Source of the DNA: Treponema sp.
GTDB lineage: Bacteria; Spirochaetota; Spirochaetia; Treponematales; Treponemataceae
DNA length: 64,000 bases
Assembly (NCBI RefSeq): GCF_045657965.1
Contig: NZ_JAZOUG010000042.1
Location: 8,210-72,209, forward strand
Reading direction: 5' to 3'
Shown: positions 18,184 through 29,100 of the stretch, piece by piece
Layout of the letters: every line of letters begins with the position of its first letter
Position numbering within the stretch: position 1 is the first letter of the stretch
Translations under genes and position numbers: made by a program
The notes under the pieces: generated by a model
Told to the model about the DNA's origin: nothing
What the model saw: the letters and a program-made list of their open reading frames with translations, nothing else
Database searches by the model: none

Positions 18184-19755
18184 TTAATCCGTACAGGAAA
18201 TCAGCTTATACATTGGGTTCTCACCGGGATGAAGCTCAAGTATGTGCTTTTCACAGGGAAGAGCTTCGCCTGGATCGTGAGTTACATGTAAAAGCGTTGT
18301 TGTACCTGTTTCTGCAACAGTTTCCAGTAAATCCAGAATTTTCTGACGATAATTTTCATCAAGACCATGACACGGTTCATCCAGAATAAGAATTTTAGGA
18401 CTTTTTACGGCTGCACGCAGAATTAAAACGGCACGCTGCTCTCCATAACTCAATGAATTGAAAGAATCATGTTCCCTGCCTTCAAATCCGCCAAGTTTAA
18501 GCCATTTGCGGGCAGTTGCAGTTTCTACGTCAGTTTTCTGCTCATACAACCCTATGGAATCTTTAAAACCTGAAATAATTACACTTTCCAGATCTGTGCT
18601 GCCAACCATGCGGTATTCAACATGCCAGCGGTAACTTACAATACCAAGCTGTTTTTTAATATCCCAGATTGTTTCGCCGCTTCCTCGTTTTTTACCAAAC
18701 AGATATACATCATTACAGAAAACCTGATGATTATCACCTGTTATAAGTTCAAGGAGAGTTGTTTTACCAGAACCATTTGGACCACGGATAAGCCAGTGTT
18801 CACCCGGTAAGACCTGCCAGTTAAAATCAACAAGGATCTGTTTTTCACCCCAGCCGACATTTACATTGTTCATCTGAATGAGAGTTTGAGAACTTTCTGT
18901 ATGAATATCTGTAACGAGTGTTGTATCTTTTTGAATCTCTTTTAATTCATTTACGAATTTTGATTTTTCTGATTCACGGGATTTTGATTTTTCTGCATTT
19001 CTTTCTGAAAGAAGATTTTCATATTCTTTTTTAGTACCGCAAAAAGAAATTTCACCTTTTGAAAATTCCAGGACATTTGTTATAGTTTCAGGAATTTCAT
19101 GATAGCGCTCCATTGACAGAATTACTGAAGGAACACTTTTACCAACAATAGTCGCAAAAAATTCCAGTAAAATGGAACGGCTTTGAGCATCAAGACCGGC
19201 AAACGGATCGCTTAAAATAAGCAGTTTTTTTCCGGAAAGAAGGGCACGGCATAAAAGAGTACGCCTGATTTCTCCCGTAGACATGAATTTAAGCCCGCGT
19301 TCAAGTATTGTTTCAACTCCGCATAATTTAACTTCCGGCATTGTTTCCAGGCGCGAAGCAATTGGAGGCAGTGGAAGATTTCTATGCTTTGCATCAGGAC
19401 CGCCTAAAACTTCTGATATAAAACGCCGACCTGTTCTGCCTTCATCGATTTTGTCCATATATTCAGATTCGTCTAAATCCCGCTCTTCCTGAATTAAAGC
19501 AGCTGCCTTTTCCAGAGAAACAATTTCAACTGAATCTGAGAATGAATTTTTATATGCAGATTGAACTGCCTCATTTGGTATAATTTGTTTTTCGCCGGCT
19601 AAAGCCTGTAGAAATTCTGCCTTTCCGCTGCCGTTTGCACCAATAACAAGCCATGCTTCGCCAGAGTTCATGCTCCAGCTTATGTTTTGAATTTTAGTTC
19701 CGTGTAAATCCTGAACACGACAATTGTTTATGCTGATGAGTAATTCTGTATTCAT
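18184..19755 (-). CDS. ModF-like tandem ABC ATPase (no adjacent permease)
   Basis: GANGSGKA / MSTGE / LLILSDP in NBD1; GPNGSGKT / LSYGE / ILILDEP / VTH in NBD2. Confidence 0.85.
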   Translation of the reverse strand: MNTELLISINNCRVQDLHGTKIQNISWSMNSGEAWLVIGANGSGKAEFLQALAGEKQIIPNEAVQSAYKNSFSDSVEIVSLEKAAALIQEERDLDESEYMDKIDEGRTGRRFISEVLGGPDAKHRNLPLPPIASRLETMPEVKLCGVETILERGLKFMSTGEIRRTLLCRALLSGKKLLILSDPFAGLDAQSRSILLEFFATIVGKSVPSVILSMERYHEIPETITNVLEFSKGEISFCGTKKEYENLLSERNAEKSKSRESEKSKFVNELKEIQKDTTLVTDIHTESSQTLIQMNNVNVGWGEKQILVDFNWQVLPGEHWLIRGPNGSGKTTLLELITGDNHQVFCNDVYLFGKKRGSGETIWDIKKQLGIVSYRWHVEYRMVGSTDLESVIISGFKDSIGLYEQKTDVETATARKWLKLGGFEGREHDSFNSLSYGEQRAVLILRAAVKSPKILILDEPCHGLDENYRQKILDLLETVAETGTTTLLHVTHDPGEALPCEKHILELHPGENPMYKLISCTD

Positions 19756-19781
19756 AATAAAAAAACCGGTCTAGCGACCGG
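19756..19781 (-). terminator. Rho-independent terminator-like hairpin after CDS 19791-19988
   Basis: CCGGTC-TAGC-GACCGG with an adjacent A-run (U-run on the minus strand). Confidence 0.65.
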
Positions 19782-19790
19782 CCTGCTTAA

Positions 19791-19988
19791 TTATTTGCCA
19801 CCAAAAATCAAACCTGCAAGTTTGCCGATTGGATCAAAATCAAGAAGAAGTACATCAATTGCAAAGAAAACAGCAAAACCAATTACTGCAATAAGCAAAA
19901 GAAGTGCAACACCAATAAGCATCTGAATTGAAATTGGAAGCGAATCAAAACCTGAAGTTTTTTTTGTAGAAACTGTATTTGAAGCCAT
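19791..19988 (-). CDS. Small single-TM membrane protein
   Basis: GGAG RBS, ATG 19988, one long hydrophobic helix; candidate promoter TTGACG-17-TAATAT at 20050-20022. Confidence 0.7.
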   Translation of the reverse strand: MASNTVSTKKTSGFDSLPISIQMLIGVALLLLIAVIGFAVFFAIDVLLLDFDPIGKLAGLIFGGK

Positions 19989-20058
19989 AATATACTCCGT
20001 CAAAAAAAATAAATCATTTATATATTAAAGGTAGATTGATTTACCGTCAAGTGATAAA

Positions 20059-20084
20059 CAGGGAAAATTTTGAGATTTTCCCTG
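20059..20084 (-). terminator. Terminator of giant lipoprotein 1
   Basis: Perfect 10-bp stem CAGGGAAAAT/ATTTTCCCTG about 30 bp after the stop codon. Confidence 0.75.
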
Positions 20085-20114
20085 CGGTCTTGCGCCTGCG
20101 CGGGAGAGGGCAGC

Positions 20115-23100
20115 TTACTTCTCGCTCTTCAAGAATACAACATCCATTCGGTCTGTCTGGAAACCGATTGCAGCATCGCAGTCACTTACGGTAACGCCGT
20201 CTTCGCTTACAGAGGAAGACCATTTGCCCTGATAGTTACCTTCTACGTAAGTAAGGTTTCCTCCAACAGCATAGTGGTTTGTCGAATCTTCAACAACAGC
20301 AGGTATAATTTCTGTATCCCAGACAGCAGAAGATTCTGTGCTGTCAACAATTCGCTTAACTGCATACTTAATACCATTGTAAGTCTTAGCCTTGTTAAGA
20401 TAAGAAACACATGGAGTGTTGTCTGTGCCAATTAATGACAAAGTAGGATAAGTACCTGTTGTATCAATTGTCTCGTCAGTTTCAAAAGAATATGCATCGG
20501 CAGTAACTCCAGGTGTTTTTACACCGGCTGTACTTTTTATGTACTTCAAATTGCCTTCATCATCAACATAGACAATATGAAGTACATCGTTTGAATCAAT
20601 CTTCATTGCAACATCTGAACCACCCGCAGCCACATCCTGACGGCGCCATGCAGAAGCAAGAGATGGAGAATCACTATTAGCATAAGCTATGCGAACACAT
20701 TCATTTGCAGAATCGTAGTATGCAATAACAGGACAGCCGGTTGAAGTTACATCCATACTGATTGCACTACCCGCCATACTTGACTGTGTTGAGCCAGTAG
20801 AAACGACATTAGCTTCACCAAAGTACATTGCAACATGAGGACCAGCGTTTGTTGCTGAAGTTGAAACTTTACTGTTATCAAATTTGCTATCTGTCCATGT
20901 CAGATAATAACCACTTGTGTACCATGTGCATGTTGCTGTATGCAGTTCTGTAACATACAGTCCCTGAGTGTTTGTATACATAATTGCAAATGTAACTGTT
21001 GAACCACTTTTGATTTTGTCAGTGTTAGGGAAATCTGTCGTACTTAAACGTGCAGAATTAGTACCCAAATAAGCAGCTGTATTTCCAGGCTTTTCATTAT
21101 AAGTTATTGAATAGCCAACTTTTTCATCATTATTTGCATAATCATAAGTTCCACGGCTATGAACTCTGTCAAGACCATCACTGGTACCATCAATTAAAAC
21201 CCAGCCTGTAATATCAAATTGATTAGCATTAGCAGTTGGAAGTGCTGAAATATTTTCTACTGGCTGATAGGTATAACGCAAAGCCTGATTCTTAATATCA
21301 TAGTATGCAAAATGCATGTTATTGCCAAACCGGGCAGAACGAGGAACATCAAAATGCTCAACTTCACGAGTCATTGCATAACTAGAAAGCTGATATCCTG
21401 ATGTATATTTTTTATCAGCCAGATAATATCGGTTATACAGAATTGAGGCGGTTGTATCAGTTGAAGATTCCATTGCAGCTTCATTACTCAATGCGATACC
21501 GAATGCACCACCACAGTTATTGTAAGCTGCATAACCTGTTGAATTGATTCGACCGGCGTTACCTACATGTGCTGGGAATAACATTACAGCAACTGAGTTA
21601 GCCCCCTGATATCCGTAATAATTTGCAGCTGTACCAGTTTCTGAAGTAGCCTTTTTATCAATTGCAATAAATGACGGGTCCTGAGGCTGGTCATAATTCA
21701 GGAAGATTGATTTACTTGCTACAGTAAGACCTTTTTCAAGCTGAATAGAAGCAGAACCTTTAAGAGACCATGTTGAGAACAAATTACCACTTGCATCAGC
21801 TGCCATTGTAGGCATGTGGCTTAAAGAATCTGTACTTACAAAGCTGTGTCCAACATCATAAACATCAAGATAACGATTGTCATAATAGGTGTATGAACCG
21901 CTGGTTTCATGGTTATCAGTTTGAGAGTTATCATTTTTATGATTCAAACTAAGTATACCGTTAACAGTTACGGTCAACTCTCCAGAGTTAGATGGAACAT
22001 AGAAAGTCATTGTCTTATTATTACTTAAAACAAGTGCATTCTTTGTTCCCAAAAGTTTATCCGAATCTGTTGAAGCTTCAGTTGCTGTAAGTGTTGTTCC
22101 GCCGACAGAAACATAATTAGTAGTATCTGTACTTAAAGGGAAGTTATAACCTGTTACAGTAAGCTGGTCACCTATTGCCACCGGATAGCTTCCATATGTT
22201 GAGCGGTTAGTAATATTTGTACCTGATGTTGACTTGTAGCGACTCTTAGTTGTATCTGTACGAGTTATTCCCGTGATATACGGCACAACATCCACCTGAT
22301 ATGTAGCATAAGGCACAGTTGTTGCAGCACCATTAGTATTTGTTCCGTCGTTTGCGGCTACAGTAAATACAACGTCTGTTGCTGCAATTCCTGCAACATA
22401 GCTTGAATCTACAGTAAGGCTCCAGGTTACTGTATGACCGTCTGTTGTACTGAATTCATTGCCTGTAATTGCAAATGTTAATCCTGTTGCAGGCTGCGTG
22501 ATTGTAAATCCACCTGTTGTAGTGCTGTATGCTGCAACTTTTTTTGTACTTACGGCTGTGCTGTCGAAGTTTTTGCTTGTTGTAAGATAAATCTCACTTA
22601 CACGCTTTTCATCAGTTACAGTTCCAGTAAATGTAACTTCACCTGAAATTTTTGTATCTCTATCAAGATACTTTGTTGCATTTCCGTCTGTAAATACAGA
22701 AGGTAAAGTAGAACTTAATTCAACGTGACCTGCATTTTCTACAGCAGCAGGATCCTGAATTGACGGAACAGGGAATTTGTCATCTGTAAGGTCAATATAA
22801 AGCGGCACATTGATTACAGTGTACTGAGAGCCGAATACAGTATTTCCTTCAGCGTCAACTGAGTCACCAGTACCGGCAGTTGTTCCATTTGTAGAATCCC
22901 AGATTGTAATTCCGATGTTGCTGAGTTTATGTGTGCTTTCAGTTGCTTCAACCCATTCTGTATGACCAGAAATGTCACCTGTTGCAATTTCAAAGCCTTT
23001 AAGGGAACTTGAAACAATTGAAGCAGTTGTTGTTGTATCTGATGTTGTGTCATAGAGAGAAGATGTGCGTGCTGTTACGCTTCCCTTTGTGCCTGCTGTA

Positions 23101-26100
23101 GGTTCCGTTAAGATTCCGTCAGTTGAAGAGGCTACAGCAAGCTGATACTTAAGGTCGCCGTTACCTTCTTTACCGCCGACAAATTCGAGGGCAACACCAA
23201 GTTTGTTTCGCATTGTAAATCCAACGCCATAATAATTGCCGTCAGAATCTTTTTCTGTTGATTTGTAAGAAAGTGTAGAAATTTCCTGTGCACTTCCTTC
23301 AAGTTCGCCAGAAGAATTGATTACAGAACCTGAAAGTGCCGAGTAATACTTCTGACTCAAAGTTCCACCTTCGCTTGAAGTAATTGCCTGACCACCAAGT
23401 TCGTTGTCGGTATATTTGCCGTCCCCGTTCAGGTCAGTTGCAAGGAATACCTTAGAAACGCGAGGCTTGTGGTTTGTGAGCATTACTGTTGTTGTTTCTG
23501 TGCTGTAGTTTCCGGCTTTATCGGCTGCTACTACAACAATATCAATCTGACCGTCGTCAAGTTCGTCTGAGAAGAAGTCAAGAGCCCATGAAAGAGTTGT
23601 ACCGGACAAATCAAAAGTTTCTGCAAAACCGTCACCGTCATCATTTGTAATTGTTGTAACACCTGAAGATGTAGTACCGCCTTCTCTATCAGAATCTACA
23701 GCGATTGCAGCTGCAAAGAATGCGGATGTTGGCAGTGTAGCAAATGTTGCATTAACAGTTGCTGTATGTTCAGTTGTATTAACTTCTGTAATTGCATAAT
23801 AACTGCCTGAAAGTTTTACAAGGCTTCCGCGGCGGATAAATGAGTTTGCAGTTGTAATAAGAGAAGAAGAAGTAATTACTGTGTTTTCACCGCTTGCAGC
23901 ACAGCTTACAGTTCCGCTTACACCATAAAGAACTTCACCGGCTTCGGTGCTTGTTATCTGCTTAAGGGTTCCTGATGTTCCCGTAGTTGCGGTATAAGCA
24001 GTTCCTGCTTCAACTTTAGAACTGTCATTTGCAGTATAAGAATTTATTGTTGGAAGAGGAAGTTCAAGCTGTCCGTCACGCATAAAGTAAACAGCCATAA
24101 AGTCCGGTTTAGAACCTTCATCAATGGCAGTACTGTAAACACTGTACTTATAGTTTGAATTTTCTACTTTTGTCATAGAAATTTCATTCGTTCTGTCTTT
24201 ATCGCTGTAAAGAGGCTTAATTGTCGGTGCAGTGTTATCAACATTGATTGAATATGTTTTAGCTGAAGAGAATAATCCATCTTTACTCATTGCAGTTACT
24301 TTATAAACAACGGTATCAGCTGAATCTTTATCAACTGGAATATAAATCTTTACACTTGTATCATCACCGCTCGTTGCAGTTGTAAAATAATCAGTACCTT
24401 TTGTAAGATTTGCATTATCCTTTGTAACACTTTCAACCTTTACATAAGAACCAGAAGCACCCTCTGCCTCTGCTGCAGTTACTTCAAGATACCACTGACC
24501 TTTTACATACATGTCTGACGAATATGATTTTTCGCCGGTAACATTTGAAGAAGCCGTAATTGTAGAAAGATTAGATGCTGTTGGCGAAGTTTTGAACTGG
24601 TAAAGCTGTTCTGTTAAAGCTGGAGCTTTGTTGTTGATTGTAACATAAATGCTGTCTGTCCAGTCTCCAAATTTACCGTTTGAGTTAACTGCTGATGCAC
24701 GCAGGTAAACTGTATTTACGCCGTCTCCAGTCGGATCAAGCTCTTTATTTTCGTTAAGATTGAGTTTCCATGCGTTTGTTGTAGTTTTAATACCCCACCA
24801 TGAATCAAGTGATGTTTTGCCTGTAAAGCCGTACCTTTTGGCAATTGCATCTGTCATTGTACTTGAAGTGTAAGAAGTACCTGCAATTTCATTAATTACA
24901 TCGTAAGCTGAAACTACAGTATAACCGTAATTTCCAGTACCTGTTCCGGCTTTTGTTTTATCAGTATCAGAGAATGAAGCAGAAGAACCAAGCTGAATGT
25001 AAACAGAATTCAGGCTTACAGAAGCATAAGAAGAAATTGAAGTGCTTCCAATCATGCGGACAGTTCCACCCAAAGCATCTTCATTGCTTGGGTTTGTAAT
25101 TGTTGTAGTAATTTTATCTACATCCGGGTTATACAGAATCTTATAATCGGTTGAATAGGCAATATTACCGAATTCATCAACAGCCCTGAAGTAAACCGGA
25201 ATTACATAGTAAGTAGAACTTGGATCAGAGTATGTACCTGAGGTTTCTGTATAAGTTGAATTTGCATAATTATCCAGAAGTGTATTTCCAGTGAATGTGA
25301 AGTTAACAGTGTCACTTTCATCATTCCATTCAAGACTTTCTTTATTAAGAGAAGGCCAGCCTGTCTGCTGTGTTAAAGTTGGGATAAACCAGCTTACAGA
25401 AGTAACGTCATTAGAGTCAGTAGTTGTTCCGGTAAGTGTTACGCTGCCGTTGTTTTGAGTTGAAGAATCAGCTGCATAAGATTTAGGGCTTGTAATATTA
25501 ACAGCCGGTCCGTCATTATCAACAGTGAATGTGAACGTGCCGTTTCCTGTAAGACCAGAATTATCGTACGGAATTACAGTAATTTTAACAGAACCAGAAT
25601 CAAGTCCAGCGACAGAAAGCGAAGGCAATACCCAGGTTGAATCGCCGGTTGTACTTGTGGCTGTGAATGTGCCGGCACTGGTGTATCCGTCTGCAATTGT
25701 TTTTCCTGCAATAGTCGTTTCAGAAGTTGTCTTGTATTTGAGTGTTGTGCCGTCAGTCTTTGCGATTGTAACGAGCATACCTGCAACACCGTTTGCATCA
25801 CTTGCATGAATTGTAAGTGCAATGTTCTCCCGTTCTGTTCCGCCAGTTACAAAGGCTGCAGAAATTCCTTCAGAAGTTACTGATTCATCACCTGAAGATT
25901 TATAAGTTACAGCCGTAATGTTATCTACAACAGGAGATTCATTGTCTGATTTGTAAGTGAATGAACTTGAAGCTACAGCAGAATCAGAAATTGCCACAGT
26001 CTTAACGCTCAATACAGGAATTGTCGTGTAATCACTTGTTGAAGAAGCCGAAGTAAATTCCGTGTCTTCGTTATCAACTACAGTGAACTTAAAGTATTTA

Positions 26101-29100
26101 GCACCATCATCTGTTGAAGAAGAAGCAAATGTAAAGTCTCCGGAAGCAGAAATTGCTGGTGTTATGACACTTCCAACGGCGTTTCCGCTTGCATCAAGTT
26201 CCTGAATTGAAACAGATTTTACAACAGCAGAAGAAGTTGAATCGTCATCACTTACTGTAACATCAACAGTGCCGGCATCGTTGAGTTTTAAGATATACTC
26301 ATCATTTGCATTTGTAGTAAGTGTAGTAAAGTTCAAAATCGGGCGGTCAGATTTCTGATTAACAAATACTGTAACGATATTTGAATATCCTGTATTTCCT
26401 GCCGCATCAGTTCCCACAGCACGGAGGTAATAAGTTGTCTCGTCTGTAAGGGCAGTTGTATCAAGGCCCGTCATATTGAATGAGTAGTTTCCGCTGATTG
26501 AAACTGCGGCATCTGTCCATGCAGACTGGTCTTTCGAATACTGGAGAGCAGTAATCGTGTCTGAAGGGAGAGTATTTCCGTCTTCTGCGTTTCCGCTCAA
26601 ATTGATTGTCTTGTTAATATCAACTGCATCTGTCGATTTGAGTGCGTCTGTTGGTGTGTTAAGTGTAATTGTCGGAGCAGTCGTATCAACTGTAACCGTA
26701 AACAGATTTACATCTGTATAATTTCCGGCATAATCGTAAATGCGGGCATAAACTGCTCCAGACTGCGTTACCTTTTCTTTTGCAATTGTAAATGAAGCTG
26801 TACCATTTGAATAATCTGCTTTATTTGAATCTGTTGCTGTTGAATCTGTAATTTTTTCATAAGGAAGAACATAAATTCTACTGATTCCACTGCCACCATC
26901 TTCATCTGTAACTTCAAATGAAACATAAATATCAGATTTACCGTTTGCAAGATAAGAAGACGTAGTTTCTGCATCAGAACTTGAAGTTCCTGCTTTTACA
27001 GAATTATCTGTAAGTTCCGGTTCCTTTGCATCAATATAATATGGTCCGCAGCTTACAGTATTTGTGTTTCCTGCATTATCAACAGCAGTGATTTTAATTG
27101 TAGTTGTTGCAGATACAAGATTTGAAACATTACCAGACCAGGTTTCAGTTCCAGCAAAATCATTTGAATTAGACCAGTTAGAACCATCTGAACTTGTCTG
27201 ATAATAAACCTGTTTAATTCCAGTGCCATATGTATCAGATGAAGTTCCTGAAATTTTAAGTTCACTTGATTTATACCAGATATTGCCGGCAGAATCTGTA
27301 GTTGAAGCTGTTACAACTGCTGGAGTTGAAATTACAGGTTCAGTTGTATCAATTACAACTGTTCTGGTAAGACCAGTTTCACGGTTTGCGGCATCTTTAA
27401 CAGTTATAACAAAAGTGTATGAACCGTCTTTTAATTCATCAGTTCCAGTACCGCAGATAATTTCTTTAGACCATGAACCTGTCTTTGTTCCATTGCTTGT
27501 AGTAATTGAAGTTAAATTTACAGCACTAAATTCACCGGATACAGCCGTTGAATTTGAATCTGCAAGAGTTCCTGTATAAGAAATTGTAACTGCTCCAACT
27601 GCAGTGTTTGAACTTTCACCATAGAAACCATTGGTATCACTTGCTGTTCCAGACAAAATAAATGAATCATTTTTATACTGAGTACTAGTACCAATAGAAG
27701 TTTCTGTTAATACAGGCACACTCTCATCAATTGAAATATAGAATGTGTCAGAAGTAGTTTTTCGTAATGCCTGAATTGAACTATCAGTTGTTTCTGTATA
27801 TGTACTGTCCTGTGCAATGATATAAACCGGATAAACTCCTTCATTAAGTAAAGACAAATCATAATTAAGAGGATAACTTGTTTTTGTACCTGTTATTGTT
27901 TCAGTCAGTTTGTCTTCCCCATCGATATTCAAAACCAGCGAAGAAATTGAATCATCATCTTTGATAGTTGCTGTCAAAGCTTTCTTTGTCGTTAAATCAA
28001 AAAGATTTTCATCAGTAACAGCAGATTCTGTAGAAACTGTAGAATCAGCATTTGTTACAGTTATAATTGGAGCATCTGTTTCCTGTTTTATTGTGTATGT
28101 ATAGATGGTATTCGTTGTATCATCGCTGAAATACTGCGATTTACAATAATCATCTGTTGTATATATTGTTTCATTTCCTGCAGAATCAACTGCCTTTACT
28201 TCAACTTTGAAAGATTTGCCGTCTTCATATTTGGTTGTATCTACATAAATTTTCTGACTTGTGCCTTTTCCAGGTGTATACCAGCCGTCTGAGTCAGTTT
28301 CAAGTTCATCTGAAGTTCCTTTTTTATAAATCTTTGCTGAAGTTCCATTAACAAGAATACGGTAGTAAACGGAAGCAAGATGAGTATCGTCAATACCAGC
28401 TTTTACAATGATTGTACCATTTACATAAGTATTTACACTTGAAGAATCTCCGTCAAAATCAGAACCTTCTACACCAGGCAGAACAGAAGTAATTTCAACT
28501 GAAGGAGATACTGTATCAACATAGAAATCACGGCTTATAGAACCTGTATTTCCGCCTTCATCAGTAACATCAACAGTTAAAGAGTATTTGTAAGTTCGTT
28601 CTGAATTAGCAGTTGCCGCAAATTTTGAACTCCAGCCGTTACAGTCAGATAATTTAAAATCGAATGTATCTGAAGTGCCGCCGTTTATTGTTTTTTCATA
28701 GGTAAGTTCATTTGTTGTGCCGTCTGTAACTGTTTCGTCGTTATCTTCATCAAGGACAGTAATAGTTGCCTTCAAAGAAACAAGTTCATTTTCACTTGTA
28801 ACAGAGCCTTTTATTTTTAAATTGGTATCTGCTGAAGTTTTAAAGAATTGAGATTTTTCCGGAGTTTCGATTGTAATACTTGGAGGAGTACCGCTTGTTG
28901 TTCCTATAAATGCGTAAACATTATTATGATAAATATTAGAACCTGCAACGTCGTTTCCTGTGACTGCAACAATATAACAGCTTCCTGATTTTACAGTAGA
29001 TCCTAAAGCATTACTTGTAAGACTGAAACTTGTAACAGAATTTTCAGAAGAATCACTGCCTATTTGTGTCCAGCCGGATGGTGCAGCAGCAGAAGCTCCA

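Noticed and set aside
20070-20435. 121-aa plus-strand ORF and the many other 60-160 aa ORFs overlapping long genes
   Set aside because: These are antisense or alternate-frame shadows of well-supported CDSs with no independent coding signals.
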